Shown piece after piece: positions 24,616 to 59,100 of a stretch of DNA of 64,000 nt. Each line of letters begins with the position of its first letter. The stretch's first letter is position 1. Both the position numbers and the translations under genes were made by a program. Source of the stretch: Tubulanus polymorphus (Eukaryota; Animalia; Nemertea); contig NC_134033.1 in the NCBI RefSeq assembly GCF_964204645.1, positions 11,850,655-11,914,654 on the forward strand, given 5' to 3'. Under the pieces are notes generated by a model. That model did not search any database. It saw nothing but the letters and a program-made list of their open reading frames with translations, and was not told the DNA's origin.

Positions 24616-24680
24616 CAGGGTACGGCGTAATGCAGTACCGTCACATGACAGGGTTTCAAAGCGGACGCTTACTGTTCTCG

Positions 24681-43791
<19,111 letters not shown>

Positions 43792-46700
43792 CTGAAATAT
43801 ATGAATAAAAACAACATGCGGTCAGTTTTAACGAGTTATAATTCACTGATGGCTTATTATAAAACAATAAACCATTTTCAAGAACATGTTCCTAATAATC
43901 AATGTCAGCAACCTATGCATTTTCAGTGACTTATTCACGATTTTAGGTATTGCAAACTGTTCACAAATAAAAGGGACTTGTTCCTGATTTCAGGGATAGC
44001 GAACAATTTCCAGCGACATTTCCAAGCTGAGACAGAAAATGATTTTCAGCGACTTGTGTCTAATAAAGAGATATTAGATATCTTTAGATAAAATATCTAC
44101 CACTACACGTATTTCTTTTTCATAATCTATGTAAAATAAAAATTCATACGGTTAGAAAAGCCATATTTGGTAGCTATCTAATAAATCAAATCAAGTAAAC
44201 TCCTTCTTCGGTAGCATGGGCATTGTAAATACTTGACTCTGGACACCGTACTGGCAATGAAGGTTTTTCCTAATTCTTGAACTTTACTGAGAGGTTTACC
44301 ACGTTGACTGCGGTAACCAGTAAGAAGGAATGCACTGACTGTAATTGCAAACGAATAAATGAGTTGATTTCCTGTAGGGAATAACTCGGTCTGCCTATGA
44401 GTTCTCGGAAATCCAATCATACCAAACAATTTCACATATACATTGTATACATATATATACAAATAATAGATCTTCGAACATAAGAAGCAGACACTAATAT
44501 AAATGATGATAGGGTCGTTAGTCATTTCGCCGAAGCGTTTTATGTTTTATGCCGGCAGTTTTTCTCCCTCGCAGGAACGATAGATCTACCTCTACTAATG
44601 CGACATAATCTTCATCTAACAATGCAACTGTAACTCTCTCTCTCTCACTCACTCTCTTATTTCATCGTCATCATCATCGGCAACTGCCGATAAGAAACGA
44701 TAAATACACAACAGGATCGTTGTTTTGTCGGGATGAAGTGGCTCGATGAACGCCCACACTTCCCGAGTTCGATAACAACAGCGAGTGGAGAACGCTTTAA
44801 TCAAGTCTGGACATGGTTTGATAAAATATCAAGAAAATATCATTGGCAACGAGGTTCGATGGCTCCCTACCAGCCATATTAGATATCTATATAGACATAT
44901 CTGTGGATCGAATGCCTTTTTGGCGCCTTTTTTCATAATCTGTGGTAAAAAAGCCATACTTGATTTTGTTCAACCACACAAGTTTAGTTTGATTTATCCT
45001 GTAGCAGTCGAAAACCATTCATCATTTGTTAACCCGTTCAGTACTGACTAATTGCAAACCTAAAGTGCTGGAGATTCATTTAAAACACCTTAGCCCATTT
45101 TACAAGACCAACAATGGCTGATCAAATAACCTACTAAAACTGGAAATTGAGCACAGGCCTTAACACTGATTACGAGTGTCATCATTTGTGAGGAACTATG
45201 AATGGCTGCCTGATGGCCATTTTGGATCTGCATATGTTCAATCCTACAGACTGTTACATAATGAGATTGTGTATGCAATCATCTAGAATTCTCAACCATA
45301 AAAGCCTAAATATTGTGCATAAGACGTACAAATAAATTCACATCATCTCTGAAACTTATTCCGCCTTCAGCGACGAACCTCAAATCCATTATCAACTGTG
45401 CTGATTTTAAGAAATTGAATTTTTGAATGAATTATGAATAAATTGATCGAATTACGGAAGTTCTACGAACCGATCGCTTTAGTAACTACGACATCAAAGA
45501 CTCGAAACATGCCATGATGAAATGTTGGCAGACTATTCACCCCGCAGGGCGAAACCGCTTTCAAGAGTATTTACCAACAACACTGATCCTGAGCGAACCG
45601 TATCATCCCATCCCTACCTAGATCGCTGACCACAACCCTTCATCGCGATTAAGAGAATATTTACGAATGTGCACCCCAGAAATGCGAGATCGGAAATGAA
45701 ATCGATATCTATCTCGGAACTACGGTGGCGTAGCACGATTTCTCGACAAACACGAATCCTTAATAAACTCTGTATCATTCGTCGGGTGAAACTTCAGCTG
45801 CAGGCTTCGCAATTTGCACAAACTCGTCGTCGCCAACAATAACATCTACATCAATAATTAATATCTATATTTCTCTCAGCTAGAGCTGACAGCGAATAAA
45901 TATCGAAGCAAGAAATTTGCACCTTTCTCGATATCGCGACTACTTGTTAGACAGTATTCGATGGATACGTGAGCTGAATAGTTGAACAGTCTATAGTGTC
46001 TTACTTATTGGAAAAGATAAGCAGGTTGATGATCGCCTTACATTTCCTTACAATATGGGGCAACCGCAACTCCACAAGGATCCAATGTGTATCAGGAAAC
46101 CTATGCTGAATTTCATTCCAGATTCAATCAATTTATAATGATCTTATCAATAGAATTAATCCCATTACACCTAAAAAGTTTAAGAAATTCCAAAAATAGT
46201 AAGTTATTTGAAGTGTATAGAGCGCTGAGGAGAGGACGGAGCGCACAAAGCACTTCAATGAACTACTGGTAATTTTGATTGAGTATGTCTTGATATCTTA
46301 ATGGCACCATCTAGAGGGATAGCTCGGTATCTCATTATAGTTCACAACGCCATTAATTTCCGTTTGCATTTTGCAAAAGTATTTTTACAAGAAACGTCTT
46401 GCCTTATTTCTTGATGAGGAAAGATAAAAAGTTAATTGAAAACGAAGTGAATTTCAAAATGAAATACAGCATCCGTTCATCTGACACTTACATACATAGA
46501 CTAGCAGCCCTATTACCGGTTAACACTTTTACGCAAGTTTGTTTCATCAATGAAACTTTCTTTTCCAATAGACGATCCATCAAACAACTGTCTGAACATC
46601 GTGCGCATCTCAGACGAAGGATTGATTAACCAAGTACGAATTTAGGTGATAGGCATCAGTCTATGTACTGGGCTGATTTAAATGACGCCATGCACTTCAT

Positions 46701-49700
46701 TTCTGGAAACTACTCATTCGCGTTTTTTTGGTAGATATATCGTTAATGACATCTTGTCGTTGAAGTAGTCAGTTAATTAGAATCATCTTTCACTGACTCC
46801 TTAATGGCCATTGCTAGAATTCAAATTCTTAAAAAGAATGAGAATTCATTTCACGAGAGACACGCGCCGAAACTTAACGACGCAGGAAACTAAGCGGCGA
46901 AATGAAATAGATAGACGGAAACTACTGCACTTACACGAGGGACAAGAGACGAGGAGGCGGCGGAGTTAAATGAGGTGGAAAATAAAGAACTGGTGAAATA
47001 GATGAGCTAGTTAAAACAATGACACTCGGGCGCACTCCACTGATGATGCGTAATGAGAAGTTAAGACTCAAGGCAATGTTACAGTCGTCGGCAATGCAAT
47101 GCAAGGCAATGTCGTAGTTGCAGATTCAACTTGTGGCGTGTGAGGATCTGCTAGATGCGCTAGTGTTGGCCTTTGTTAGGACAGCAACTACTGAGTTAAA
47201 TGAGGATTCCATTTATGCTGATGAATGAGGGTCCATTAGGTGTGCTGCTAGTGTGCAGTAGGATAATGAGTACTGAAACTTCAACTTATGGCAGGTGAGG
47301 ATCCACCACTAGTGAGCAGTTACATATCAACTATGGCAAAGGAAAATTCCATTTCTGGCAAATATGGATTCACCAAGTGCGCTCGAGTGCTGTAGCTTTG
47401 TCATCAGGCAGAATGAACCTGTTTTGATCTTACAGGCCCATCATCTGGTGGGATAGCAGGTGGAGTTTTCCGATTTAGATACATAAGCAAATTGTTCAAA
47501 ACTGATCCTGAACATGAAGTTATGATTACCAGATATCATAGCCGTGAAAAGTATTTTAACATATTCAGTTCGATTAGCTTTCTTTTGGGAGCGTTACCAT
47601 CAGAAGATGATTGACGATTCATACGATCATCACGTGAAAGCAAGGGCACTGTGCTGTTGAATACGGTGATGCATCCAATTTCAAGATTCCCCGGAGAGAA
47701 TATGAACGCTGCAGAGAAAGAGATGATGGGAATATTCAGTGTAATAAATGCCATCTGAGACTAGAGAATCGAGCAGTTCTGACGTGTAGAACTCTGGCAG
47801 AAACACGTTTTCGTGATACATACTTTAATATGCTCAGACATTGTAATGTTTCAACTTGTTAAATTTGTCTGGAATGCTGGTCTAACTCAGCAAACAATTG
47901 AGTTCTAATGAACAATTTTATTAAGAATCTCTTGTACATAAATCATGACATTCAGGTGAAGGTGAAATGGTTAAAGGTGTGGCATGACTGCAGTGAAGTA
48001 TTTGAATGGCTCCATGGGGAGAATACACATGTCAAATAATCAGGCAATATCCGCCTTACACGACTGCATTGCCAATATCAACAGTACCGACCACTGGAGT
48101 GCATGAAATTATGGTGTCTCTGAAGAGGCAGAGGGATTTGTTCAATCAACTACGGCTCGTAAAACAAAATCACACAAGATCATTTATAGATTATTAGAGA
48201 TTCACAGAGTCAGGAAGCTCACTGCGTCCTAGTGATACGGTGCATCGCCAAAATGAATTTTTCATCAAGGTGCTCACGAGAGTAGATGAAGCAGGTGGTG
48301 CTGAGGCTGGTGGGAAATAGGTTGTTGAAATTTCCAACATCCCGTCATGGCTGTTAACCAGTTGTTAATCGGTAGATGGTGAAATTACGATGGCGACGGA
48401 TGATCATTCACGCTGTATCCCTCTACGCTGTCAGCCCTATCTATCTACGCCTGCAGTTGTTGATTGTGTGCTTCGATACCTCTGTGGACACATTCGTTCC
48501 GTTAATGTGCGACTACAAGAGCAGCATAGATCAAGCCAATTTTCATTTCGCGTGCTAAAATAGTTTTACCACTGACTGTCAATGAATAGCTCATACTGCA
48601 CATCGGTTCAATAGCAATAATCTAATACTGATTCATCTATCAATTTATGTACAAGATTCATATGATTGTTAATTTGCCAACCCAGATCCTACATAAGCGA
48701 TACCCATCCTTTAATATCACCAATAATGATATTGATTAACAGAAAACATTCAAAATAAAGCAACAATTTTTTGCCATTCGTATATGAAATCAATGATGAT
48801 CTGTCATAAATTTTCTGCCAAAATTTGGAAATCCTGGTAACAAAACTTTAGTGCATTGTCCATTAAAATCATCGATCAGATTGCCGAAACCAAATAATTG
48901 TCACGCACAAATACAAAATCGATTTCTCGTTTTGAGATGCTTTAGATCGTGATGACTCCTGGTATTGAATGAGAAACCGTATAAAGAACTTGCTACAAAA
49001 AGTTATCAAAAAGACGGGAGATAAGAAGATCAAAATGGAATGATTGAAGATGGAAGAGAGAAGAACAACGAGCAGCACGTTACTTTAGAACCGATAGAGA
49101 GCTGAATTTGAAAAGCGAACATCAGAAGCTCGGATCTACCACTCAATCTCGTCTCTCTCTTTCTCTCATCTCTCTATAATAGTTACACAACGAGATTTTC
49201 TTTTGTAAATACAAAATCATCTTGGGAAATAATTTCGTCACGTATCACGACTTCGCTGTAGACAATATCATTCTCAAAGCAAGAAGATAATCAGTGAGAG
49301 AGAGTGGGCGTTTTTCTTAAAAATCGACAACTATCGAACCGGGTCAAGAGTCATTCATTTGTGTTGAGATCTAACTAGTTCGATAGTTTGGATGATTATC
49401 TCAGTCAGATTTTGTTTGTTTTTAATGATGATGATGATGTAACTTTGATTCGATTTTACTTAAGAAGAATTTTAAAGCCGAATCAAAAATTCATCGATTC
49501 GAATCGCAAACTTTGCAACGAGGTCTACAGAATTCGACAGAATTTCTGTAGGAGTGAGTTCATAATCAAATGAAACCATGGACGTATCACAAGAGCATTT
49601 TTGACCCAGGCCAACTGTTTACACGGTGAGATTTTAGACAGAGACAAATTCTAACACGGATCAAATGATTGTGTGTGAATTGGAACTGGTTCTGGAAATG

Positions 49701-50116
49701 ACTCACTTTGACTTGTTTAAGCATTGTTTAGAATGGAATGAGTGGTTTACTTGGGTCTCTGTGTGATTGTGACTATAGTCAAATTAAACTCACCACTATG
49801 GGACAGGTTCCAGAGTCAGATAGATTAAACCCACATGACTGTAGAACTTGCAGTACTGTGGAACTCAAATCAAGGCTAACAACTGTAAGGTTTTAAACAT
49901 ACACTGAAGTGCAGTAAAAATTTACTAATTTTGCACGGTGCAACAAAAAACATACCTTAATTTCAACTATACATGATACTTCAGATACCAGAGTAAAATC
50001 TACCCCATACCACAGCTTAGAACCCATTCCTTTAATTCAATTCATTGTCGAATAAGTGAACCTCAAGGGTTATAATTAGAACCGATCTATAAAACCGGTC
50101 CCCGAATCCTACTTAC

Positions 50117-50212
50117 TTGTTTCCCATTACGACGAGCGCCGTTGATGTTGAGACGGTCCCTCGACGCGGTCATCGTCGTCACAAACTCGATTTCATCTTC
50201 GGCGTAAATCAT
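50117..50212 (-). CDS. CASK: Candidate alternative first coding exon of a short CASK isoform
   Basis: MIYAEDEIEFVTTMTASRDRLNINGARRNGKQ|GTAAGT, phase 0 matching acceptor 43791; preceded by ~1 kb of CpG-rich UTR/promoter-like sequence. Confidence 0.65.
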
Positions 50213-51564
50213 CGGTACTCGTAGCCGCGATCACCAGCGGCAACCGATCAATAATCAATCGATATTCAATCGATTATAAATCAGTCCAATTCAACGAAGC
50301 GAACGAAACTCGACGAATCATGCGAAGAATTGCGTCGAAATTCGTAATATTTCAACGTCGATAAATTCGCGATCGATATTTTTTCGAAAATGAATTTCGC
50401 GTAAGAGAATATAACGAATACCTCGTACAACTTGTTATCTCAACTTCACTACTTTTAAAGACAACTTAATCCTACGTACTTATCTTCGAACTTCGGTTTT
50501 ACATTTTTTCGTTGCCGTTTCTTCGCTGCCTTAGTGATTTACGGCGCGGATCAAGATCAGAATTCAGATTCGCGAAAATTGCGAAATAATCTCAACATCA
50601 TCGGGAAAGTCTAATCCGGTTATACAGAGTCGATGATCGTGTGGTCTGATTATACCGAAACGCATTATTCTTTAAACGAAATACCACGGAATTTTTGGAA
50701 GCGAAAAAACGACGAAATAACAGCGTCTCAGAGCGGCGCGAGCAATCCTTCGTAAATCGGATCTCATTGTATAACTGAAAAAAAATCTGATTGAAATAAC
50801 CGCACCTTTAGCGATTAGAGAAATGAAATTTCCGAGAAAAAAGAAAACCACGAAAAAAAAACTACAACAACTCCGCGATTAGAAATTTGTCGAAAAAATA
50901 TATCCAGTTTTACGAATATTTATCCATCGGTGAAATACATCCGTAACCCGGGCGATGGTGTTTTTATTTCCGCGGTGAAAGAACCGTGTTACAGTCGAAA
51001 TACCGTAACGAACATGTGTCTCGGGAAGCAGACGCTTAATCCGCTTAAACCGAGCTGAAAATGATCACGCATTTTCTTCACAGTTTTTTCCCTCTCACTC
51101 GGTTTACCCTCGACTGCCCGCTGCTGCTGCTCATACAATCGATAATGTATTCGGTATGTAATTTTTGAGCAGAGTAAGTAAGTGTATTACAGTATACCCC
51201 GACCGACCGACCGGGTACGAGTTAAATTCCTCAGCTATGAGTTATATACCGATAATAAATAGATGATAGATAGCTATCGAGTCAGCGGGTGAAAGGTGAA
51301 GAGAGAAGTTGGGGAAAGGGTGACTGACTACAGATGAAGAAAATTACCATTGACATAAAACTACATTCACATGAGAATGAGATTCAGTATTCAGTATCCA
51401 TCCGCTATTCAGACCTATACAAAGGTTATTAGAAAATCAATTGTCTACCAAGTGCGCTCGGCCAGTTGCACAGAAAATACTTAGGTCCGAAAAGTCATAG
51501 ATTCTTTAGATTAGCCATAAAACTAAGACGGTCTTAGAGAATGGTCTTAAGTCTAAGCCACCTG

Positions 51565-51701
51565 GCGCCAAATTGCACACTCATGACTTGAGGTCAAAAG
51601 TGGTCTTAAATCTAGCTTGGTCATGACTTATAAGATTGGCTAAAGAATTAAAATGATGTTAGTCTGGACTCAAATCTAAGCCCTGACTCGGCAACTAGCT
51701 C
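51565..51701. mobile_element. Harbinger-type MITE, family B (with a partial copy immediately upstream, ~51460-51560)
   Basis: Colinear with 24475-24615; CTG on both sides. Confidence 0.65.
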
Positions 51702-52173
51702 CTGGTACTTTTAGAAATAAGTTTACAAGTCCTGAAGATGCAACAGGGCAGTTGAAGATGAATATGCTAGGAGATACTGCAGTCAGACGCTGCAGGTTGG
51801 TGGACTTTCGTTTCGGTATCAGATTTCTATCAACCAACTTCCTATTTCTTAAGTAACCGCAATTAAAGGGATCAGAAAATCTTCTCCCTAATGGACGTGA
51901 ACGACCCCAGCTCAGAGAAAAGCCTTTTACGTTCGTTATAAACGAGAAATGATTCACCTTGAAAAACCATTAGTTCTGAGAGCTATGTGGAACAAAACTT
52001 AACTCGCTCAGTGAGAGAGTAACGAGAAGAGGAGATGAGAGGGAAAGCAAGGAGAAATCGATGAGATAGATAGAGAAGAATAGGGAAGGAGGAAGAGAGA
52101 AAGGAAAAGAAAACATTGTTGAATTAATCCACATAGGCAAGAAGGGAGTATTAATCCTCTTAGGAAGTTAATG

Positions 52174-52627
52174 CATCAGAATCAACATGTTGTCATCTAC
52201 TGTAATATCAGTGAGGGATTCATGTAAGCGTAGACAGTGAGGGAGGTCGGGGTGAATCAGAACATCAGAATCAACATGTTGTCATCTATTGCAATATCAG
52301 TGAGGGATTCATGTAAGCGTAGACAGTGAGGGAGGTCGGGGTGTATCAGAACATCAGAATCAACATGTTGTCATCTACTGTATATCAGTGAGGGATTCAT
52401 GTAAGGGTAGACAGTGAGGGAGGTCAGGGTGTATCAGAACATCAGAATCCTACTGTAATATCAGTGAGGGATTTATGTAAGGGTAGACAGTGAGGGAGGT
52501 CGGGGTGTATCAGAACATCAGAATCATCATGTTGTCATCTACTGTATATCAGTGAGGGATTCATGTAAGGGTAGACAGTGAGGGAGGTCGGGGTGTATTA
52601 GAACATCAGGATCAACATGTTGTCATC
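52174..52627. repeat. ~89-bp minisatellite, ~5 copies
   Basis: Unit CATCAGAATCAACATGTTGTCATCTACTGTAATATCAGTGAGGGATTCATGTAAGCGTAGACAGTGAGGGAGGTCGGGGTGTATCAGAA starts at 52174, 52263, 52352, 52440, 52516, 52604. Confidence 0.92.
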
Positions 52628-55600
52628 AGGGTGTATCAATCCTTATAGCATTTTGATATGATATGAAAACATGCAGACATCTATTCATCATCCCCCTGTA
52701 TATCAGGGAAGTAAATGGAGTATTAATCCTCTTAGAATCTTAATAGGATATCAACACAACAAAATCAACATCTATTCATCATTGTCGTGGTACTGATGGA
52801 ATAATTTGATTCTACCCCGAGCTCTGGAACATGAATTATGCATGTATGTTATTATGTGTGACATTCAATTGAATATGTTATGATTGATATATCAAGAGCG
52901 CGCAGCTTAATTCAAAATAATGTTGTATTATCAAAACCTTGGACCAGTTTTCTCATAGTATGTACTTTCATGCATAATCAGCTATGTCCGAGTTGCTTCA
53001 TCGGTGATTTTTGCGTAATCATTTTTTCAACTACTACAACATATGACCCAAATACAAAATCATTAAATTTTCAAGCCTGTTTCTGCGGCTTCATAAAGTG
53101 CTGGTTAGAACTACAATGCGCGGTCCAATTTTTGCTCACTCAGTTGACAAACCAATCATTCGTCACAGTTTGTTGTTTTTTACTAGTCTATGAGCTAAGT
53201 CCTATTTGACACTAGTTACTGTCACTAACAGTTTTGCAAAACATTAGTCTATAACAAAACAATGTATAAATGTAACATTTTTAATGTAAGGGACAGTCTG
53301 TTTTGGAGTTCTTACTAAAAGGCATTAATCATTGAGTCGAATGCGTAAATCTTGAATGAAAGATTGACAAGTTGCTGGAGTTCTTTCTGATCTACAATAA
53401 AAACTGAATTTAGTGTTTCTAAACAGTTTCCAAACTTTTCTATCGTTTCTAAATCAGTAGGCGTTGAAAGTTTACCATCGCTTACTCAATAAAAGACGTA
53501 TCAAAAAATCCATTAGAAATCTCGCGATAAAGACTACCAGTCTCTCCTCGTCCCTCCGAATACGCGCAATTTGATACCCGACTCGATCCTAGCTGAAAGC
53601 TCGAAGCTCTCATTTGTCTCGAAGCGTTATTTATTCGTCGAGATCGATTTCAAATTTCTCGCTTTCGAAGACTACAAACATCGATACGATCTCTCGCACT
53701 ATACGAGGAAAGCCCTCATTTCAACGGCTCTTCCGATACATACGTGACGCGCATTTAAATCCCTTCCGTACAGACTAAATTGCCATTCCTGAAAACTCTT
53801 CGAAACGTCGGGTTTTAAGGCTTCGCGATATTACAGACGCTCTCAGACGAAGTGACGATTTCCACGAATTACCGAAAATATTTTAGACGCCCCTCGAGGG
53901 CGGATTTAGCCGCCGAAAACCATCAAAGTTCCACGGCGACCGATGACTGGTTATTACGATAAGCTAAAACGAAACGATGAACTGAGGGACCTCGCATTTT
54001 GACGAAAAGATTTAGGCTTAGGTTGCTATCGATTACTGACGGAATTCTACAAATGGCGTTAACAATTCTCCGACGACAAAGAGATGAAAGTGTAAATTTC
54101 GGCCACCAGGGGAATCTTAATGATTTTTGTCTGGAAGTTTCCGAGTCTGATCGACGCAGTAATGGCGCAGGTGCTCGCTAGCAGGAAATCGCTTTACTCG
54201 CACGATAAATTGAAAATGAACAGATTGTCAGCAGGTATACGAAATAATAGATTTTTATTTTCTATTGATGAGTGGGAAAAGTTATCCACTGACACATGCG
54301 AAGGAGCCTCATTGAATATTTCGTAATGGTGTAATCAGGGGGTGTTCATTCGTTTGGACAAACTCCCATTACGTTTATCGTTTTAAAAGAATATACAAAT
54401 ACAACTCTTGTTTCACTGATGTTTCAGGTAGCAGCTTCTTCCTATCTTCACAGGTCATTCAAAATGACGGTTAAAACAGTCATGGTAGTTGGCAGTCAAG
54501 GATGTTGTGTTGACTGAAAAAGTCGCTGGGCATAATCATCGAACATCCCGCCAGCAAGGCTTACCAACCAAAGGAACAGCCAGGCATGTTCTGGTGCTTG
54601 TATGTGATGAGATGTGATCTCCATGATCACGCAAACGATGCCAGTTACAAGCAATGTATGTGACTTGTTGAATACCTAAGGCGGACGTAGGTCGACTTGC
54701 GTCTTCTTATAACACCATCGCATGCGACAGGTCTCGAATGGATGCTTCAATTGACTGCAACTCTACTGTCAGTGATGTGTTCAACCAAGTCTCTGACACT
54801 CGTAACAGTAGCTATGTCACTCGTGACAGGGAGACGATGGGGTAGCATTGCAGAATGTAGAACATGTTCGACATGTCACTGGCAGTCACAAGGGCATCTA
54901 GATCTTTGCGATGCTATCGTCACTGGTTGTTGCAGAGAATGGCCTCACAATGGGTTAATGGCAGTTGTCAGGCTGAAATTTCAGGATCGCATGCATCAAT
55001 GGACCCTACTACATCAGTCCCTTTTTCAGATTTTAGAACTGCCATTGACTTTCCTGGTGCTGGGAGCTATAGGGAATACGATAGAACACATCTTAACGCT
55101 ACCCCACATCGGTGAGAACGTCGAGAATTCTGAACACGCGCAAACATCCAATTCCAGTTAGACATCGTTCGGCTTTAAACAAATAAGATTAGAATTCTAG
55201 AGCGTTCTCCAGTTCCGGATTAAACGAGTCAAATGAAATATGTATTGAAGTAAAAATTACCGAGGGATGAGCTACTTGCGTCGTGTTATGAATAGGAAAA
55301 AAGGCAGTCGAGCTGAAGAAGAGTCAACTTATAGCCGACTGATTACTTTAGATATTTATTCACATAAAACCAATACTAGCTTCCCCGAGACACATGAGAC
55401 TGAATCTGAAATCATCCAATTTTTAACCGGAAAAGCTGCGAGCAAATTTCACCAATCATTTCTACTTATTTCGTCAATTTCAGACGTTTTTTAAGAAAAT
55501 GTCAGATTGATTTCTTAATGAATCAGACGTTATTGGTTGCCACGAGTGGAATAAACATAATATTCGCTATTTCATGGTGTCACGTTCATTGCCTCTCTGA

Positions 55601-55929
55601 AGAGCCAGGTCTTAAGGAATCCTCTATTGCTACAGTAGTTGATGTCCTCCTGCACACTAGCGACACCTGGTAGATCATTGCTAGCTACAATAGCATTCCT
55701 AAATCCTCAGTGGTCTTAGATTTTTAGCATTTGAACATCTAGCACTCAATTCTAACTCCAAATGCCGCCTTATAATGAAAAAAATACGTGACATGAAAAA
55801 ACAAGAAATTTTTAGTTACCTAGAACTCATCAAAATGCTATCACTTTCTTCTCACAGCACATTATTCCTTAGGGCCTAATATGATTGAAATCATTTCACA
55901 GGTGAAGCCGTAAAAAGCAAACCACTTAC

Positions 55930-55962
55930 GTATATGTGCAATATTCTACAGACATAACGCAT
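55930..55962 (-). CDS. CASK: Candidate alternative first coding exon of CASK (MRYVCRILHIY)
   Basis: In-frame TAG, ATG, 11 codons, consensus donor GTAAGT, phase 0; CpG-rich sequence upstream (56000-56420). Confidence 0.4.
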
Positions 55963-58339
55963 CTAAACATCGCTGGAATATGACAGTAGAGTGTAAGTCG
56001 GTCGTAACACCACCGAGCAAATAAAACATCATTCATCCACGAGAAATTTGAGCTTATGACAGTTAATAACGGCAGCATTAGTTACATCAATCTTGTTTTG
56101 ACGCGTTTGTAGCCGAGAACGAAACGCGGTGGTCGCGATTTCATCGATCTCCTACGAACTGCGTATCCGGAAAATTCAAAACCGTGCCCTACACGGCTAC
56201 ATCATCTCGTATAATGAGACAAGGGCCCGCGTTATCGGTCCGGAAATGTATCCGGCAAGTTTCCCGGTGTCACGCGCCGTGGAGGTGTCGCTACGAAAAT
56301 TGATCACGACAACGAAGGAAAGTATCAGTTTTATTTTTAACGGTTCTTTTCATCCGTGAATAATAGATTAATCGACGACAATGTTCGAGATTAACCCGTT
56401 CTCGACGGCAAACTGGTTTGCCGCTCATGCGAGCAGAATTTGAATGAGGCAAAATATTAAATATATTTTTCTATAACCATAATTGAAGTTAAAGTGATGG
56501 ATAGCAGCAGATTTCAATAAAATTAAGCTAGGTTGTCGGGGGAGACCCTTAACCAGCCAATCTTTCAGTGTACACATTCCTTGTTTTGCCACATTGCCAT
56601 CCAAATTACTGAATAGGCAAATTGGGCAAAATCGGCAAATGGTGTTTCATTGAAATTCGCCATTGAAAAACCATATGTTGTCGACCACATTTTTCCCACA
56701 TATCTGAACGCAGCACGCTATGACACAGTACAGTTTAATGTAAAGGTGTTTTAGCTCACTCAAACTAATTGGGTAAAGATGTCTGAATAAGTCGCCCAGG
56801 TAACTCTGGTTTTTCAAGCCAAAATAACGTCCACTGCGAAAGCGTAAACTAATCAGACAGTTCCATCAAATCAACGATTACCGATTACCAAGTTACAGTT
56901 GCTACAGGACTAAGCGAATATTACGTACTATATCCGATTACGACAACTCGATATCTAGACGAAAAGATTACTCGACGACAACAAAGTGACCCGCGTGCTG
57001 GTCAGAACTCCACGACGATGACAGCAGCAAACGCAATTGACCGCTGTCACTATGCCGTTAGCGTTATAGTTTATAACATTAGTAGTTATTGCTCGGCGCA
57101 TCGCGGCGAACTAATTCACGACCAATATAAAAGAATTTAAGACCCTCTCCCTCTTTCTCTCTCTCTGTCTGTCTCTATCTTAACACCACATCTTCATTAA
57201 TCTCAATACTCTACACACTGTTAATTATCGAGGGATATAGCGGGAGTGTACTTCATTATGCCGTTGATGCAGCGATTCCATTAAAAAGTTTGCGGAAGAA
57301 AGAAACTTCGTGTTTACAAGATGATTTGCATCGTGCCATTAAGCATGCACACCAGGGAAACTGAAGAGTCATTTGTATATCGCGTATTTGAAATGGTTAT
57401 AGATACATTTTGCAGAATTAGGCGAGGATTCATTGTTTAATAATAGAAATGTATGCATTATGTATTGTAATGCGATAAGTCACCCGTCCAGGGGTGTTAC
57501 TAGAAAGTATCGCGGATCCTGCAGATTTTATCTATCTATCATTTTGTCATTTTTACATCAACTCTTCTGAAAATGTAATGATGGCAAAGATCTCTCGATG
57601 TAATAATTGCTTAGGAGCTGATATGACGGATAGCAGCAGCAAATTGCACTAAAATCAAGCTATATTTCTGGGGGACGCCCCAAACCCTCTATTAAAGATG
57701 ACTGTAGTGAACTGATCTAAATCTCAGTATAGTTAACGAATAACAGTTTTTTGTGTTCCTCTGAAGATGAGGAAACTGTTAGGAAATAAGCTGTTTCTAC
57801 AAATCTACTGCGGGTTTTTATTCGGCCTCTATGAAAGGTTGATGCTAAACTAATGAATGCGTGGAGAAGAAAGTGCCAGTCGAAGGTCCAGACATCTTAT
57901 ACATGCCGAGGAGATTATCAGATTCCTGGTTTAATGGGGAAAATCGAGATAGAAACGAACGAAGCTAGCTGATATCGAATCGGATATCCTGATTTTATTG
58001 GCAAATACCGGATGAAAATAAGACTGGTGATCAGTAGCTCTATCTAACCGGTATTATACTGGCCTCACTAAATGGCTATAAAATATAAGGCGAGGTATAG
58101 AGGTGATTTTTATGTGACTGTGCTGGAAATATGTGAGGCATACACCTTTTTGAAATGATTGTTACAGCTATTACTAAATTAACTACATCTATAGAATGCC
58201 AATTGGGAACGATGGAAAAATATCTCCACCGGGCTATGTCTAAACACTGACTGATATAAAATATAACGCTGTTTATGATAGTAATTTCTATAAATGTTCA
58301 ATAATTGTCATCATCATTGAAATAGTCTGATCTATACTA

Positions 58340-59100
58340 AAAAATTTAAAACCAGCAAAGTCTCTCCGATAGTTCGAAAAATATCACGAAAGGAAAGTAG
58401 CACAAAATCTTAACTACAAGACTAGACTAGAAAAAAGTGCATTTCAAAACCGCAAACCCTTATCGTGCTTGTATCGTGAAAGTAGAACAAACTGCTCAAT
58501 TTTTATCAAGAAGTAAAACTAGAAGACTAGCCTAGAAAAAATATATTTCTACACAGCAAACGGGGCTATTAAGCTTTTTGATAAATCGAAATACATCACG
58601 AAAGGAGGAAGAAACTATTTAACGTTTATCCAAAGGGATTTAACTTGGAGACTAGCCTTGTCTAGAAATAACCTTTTTAAACAGCAAATGGGACTATTAA
58701 GCCTTTTGATAAATCGAAATACATCACAAAAGAAGCAAGAAAATGCTGAACCTTTATTGAAAAAAAAACTAAGCTCGAGGAATACCCCAAAAAACACATA
58801 TTCTGAAACCGCAAATAGGGCTAACATCATCTGATAAAACGAGATATATGATGAATGTAAGAAAAAAGCTGCTAAATTTTTATCAAAAAAATGATAAAGG
58901 AGACAAGCGTAGAATAACAAATTTTCAAACTACAAATGGAGCTCAAGTCATAAATTCGATATAAATCACGAAAGTAAGAAATAACTTATTTTGTAACAAA
59001 ATAGTATGAGGCTATAAAACATTTTGATGAATCGAGATTCACCACGAAAATAGAAGAAAACCGTTTCATTTTTAATGACAAACACAAACTAGAGACTAAG
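58340..59100. repeat. Degenerate ~100-130-bp tandem repeat
   Basis: Recurring ATCACGAAAG..ACTAG..AAAC(C/A)GCAAA..TTTTGATAAATCGA motifs. Confidence 0.6.

Larger units (their letters stand above)
20215..24680 (-). other. Probable long CASK 3' UTR
   Basis: No coding signal downstream of the CASK stop; AATAAA on minus strand at 20232-20237 followed by a GT/T-rich tract (20177-20205). Confidence 0.4.

Noticed and set aside
54697-55161. 154-aa ORF in a GC-richer patch of the CASK upstream intron
   Set aside because: No recognisable motif or splice structure; possibly an old transposon relic but unsupported.
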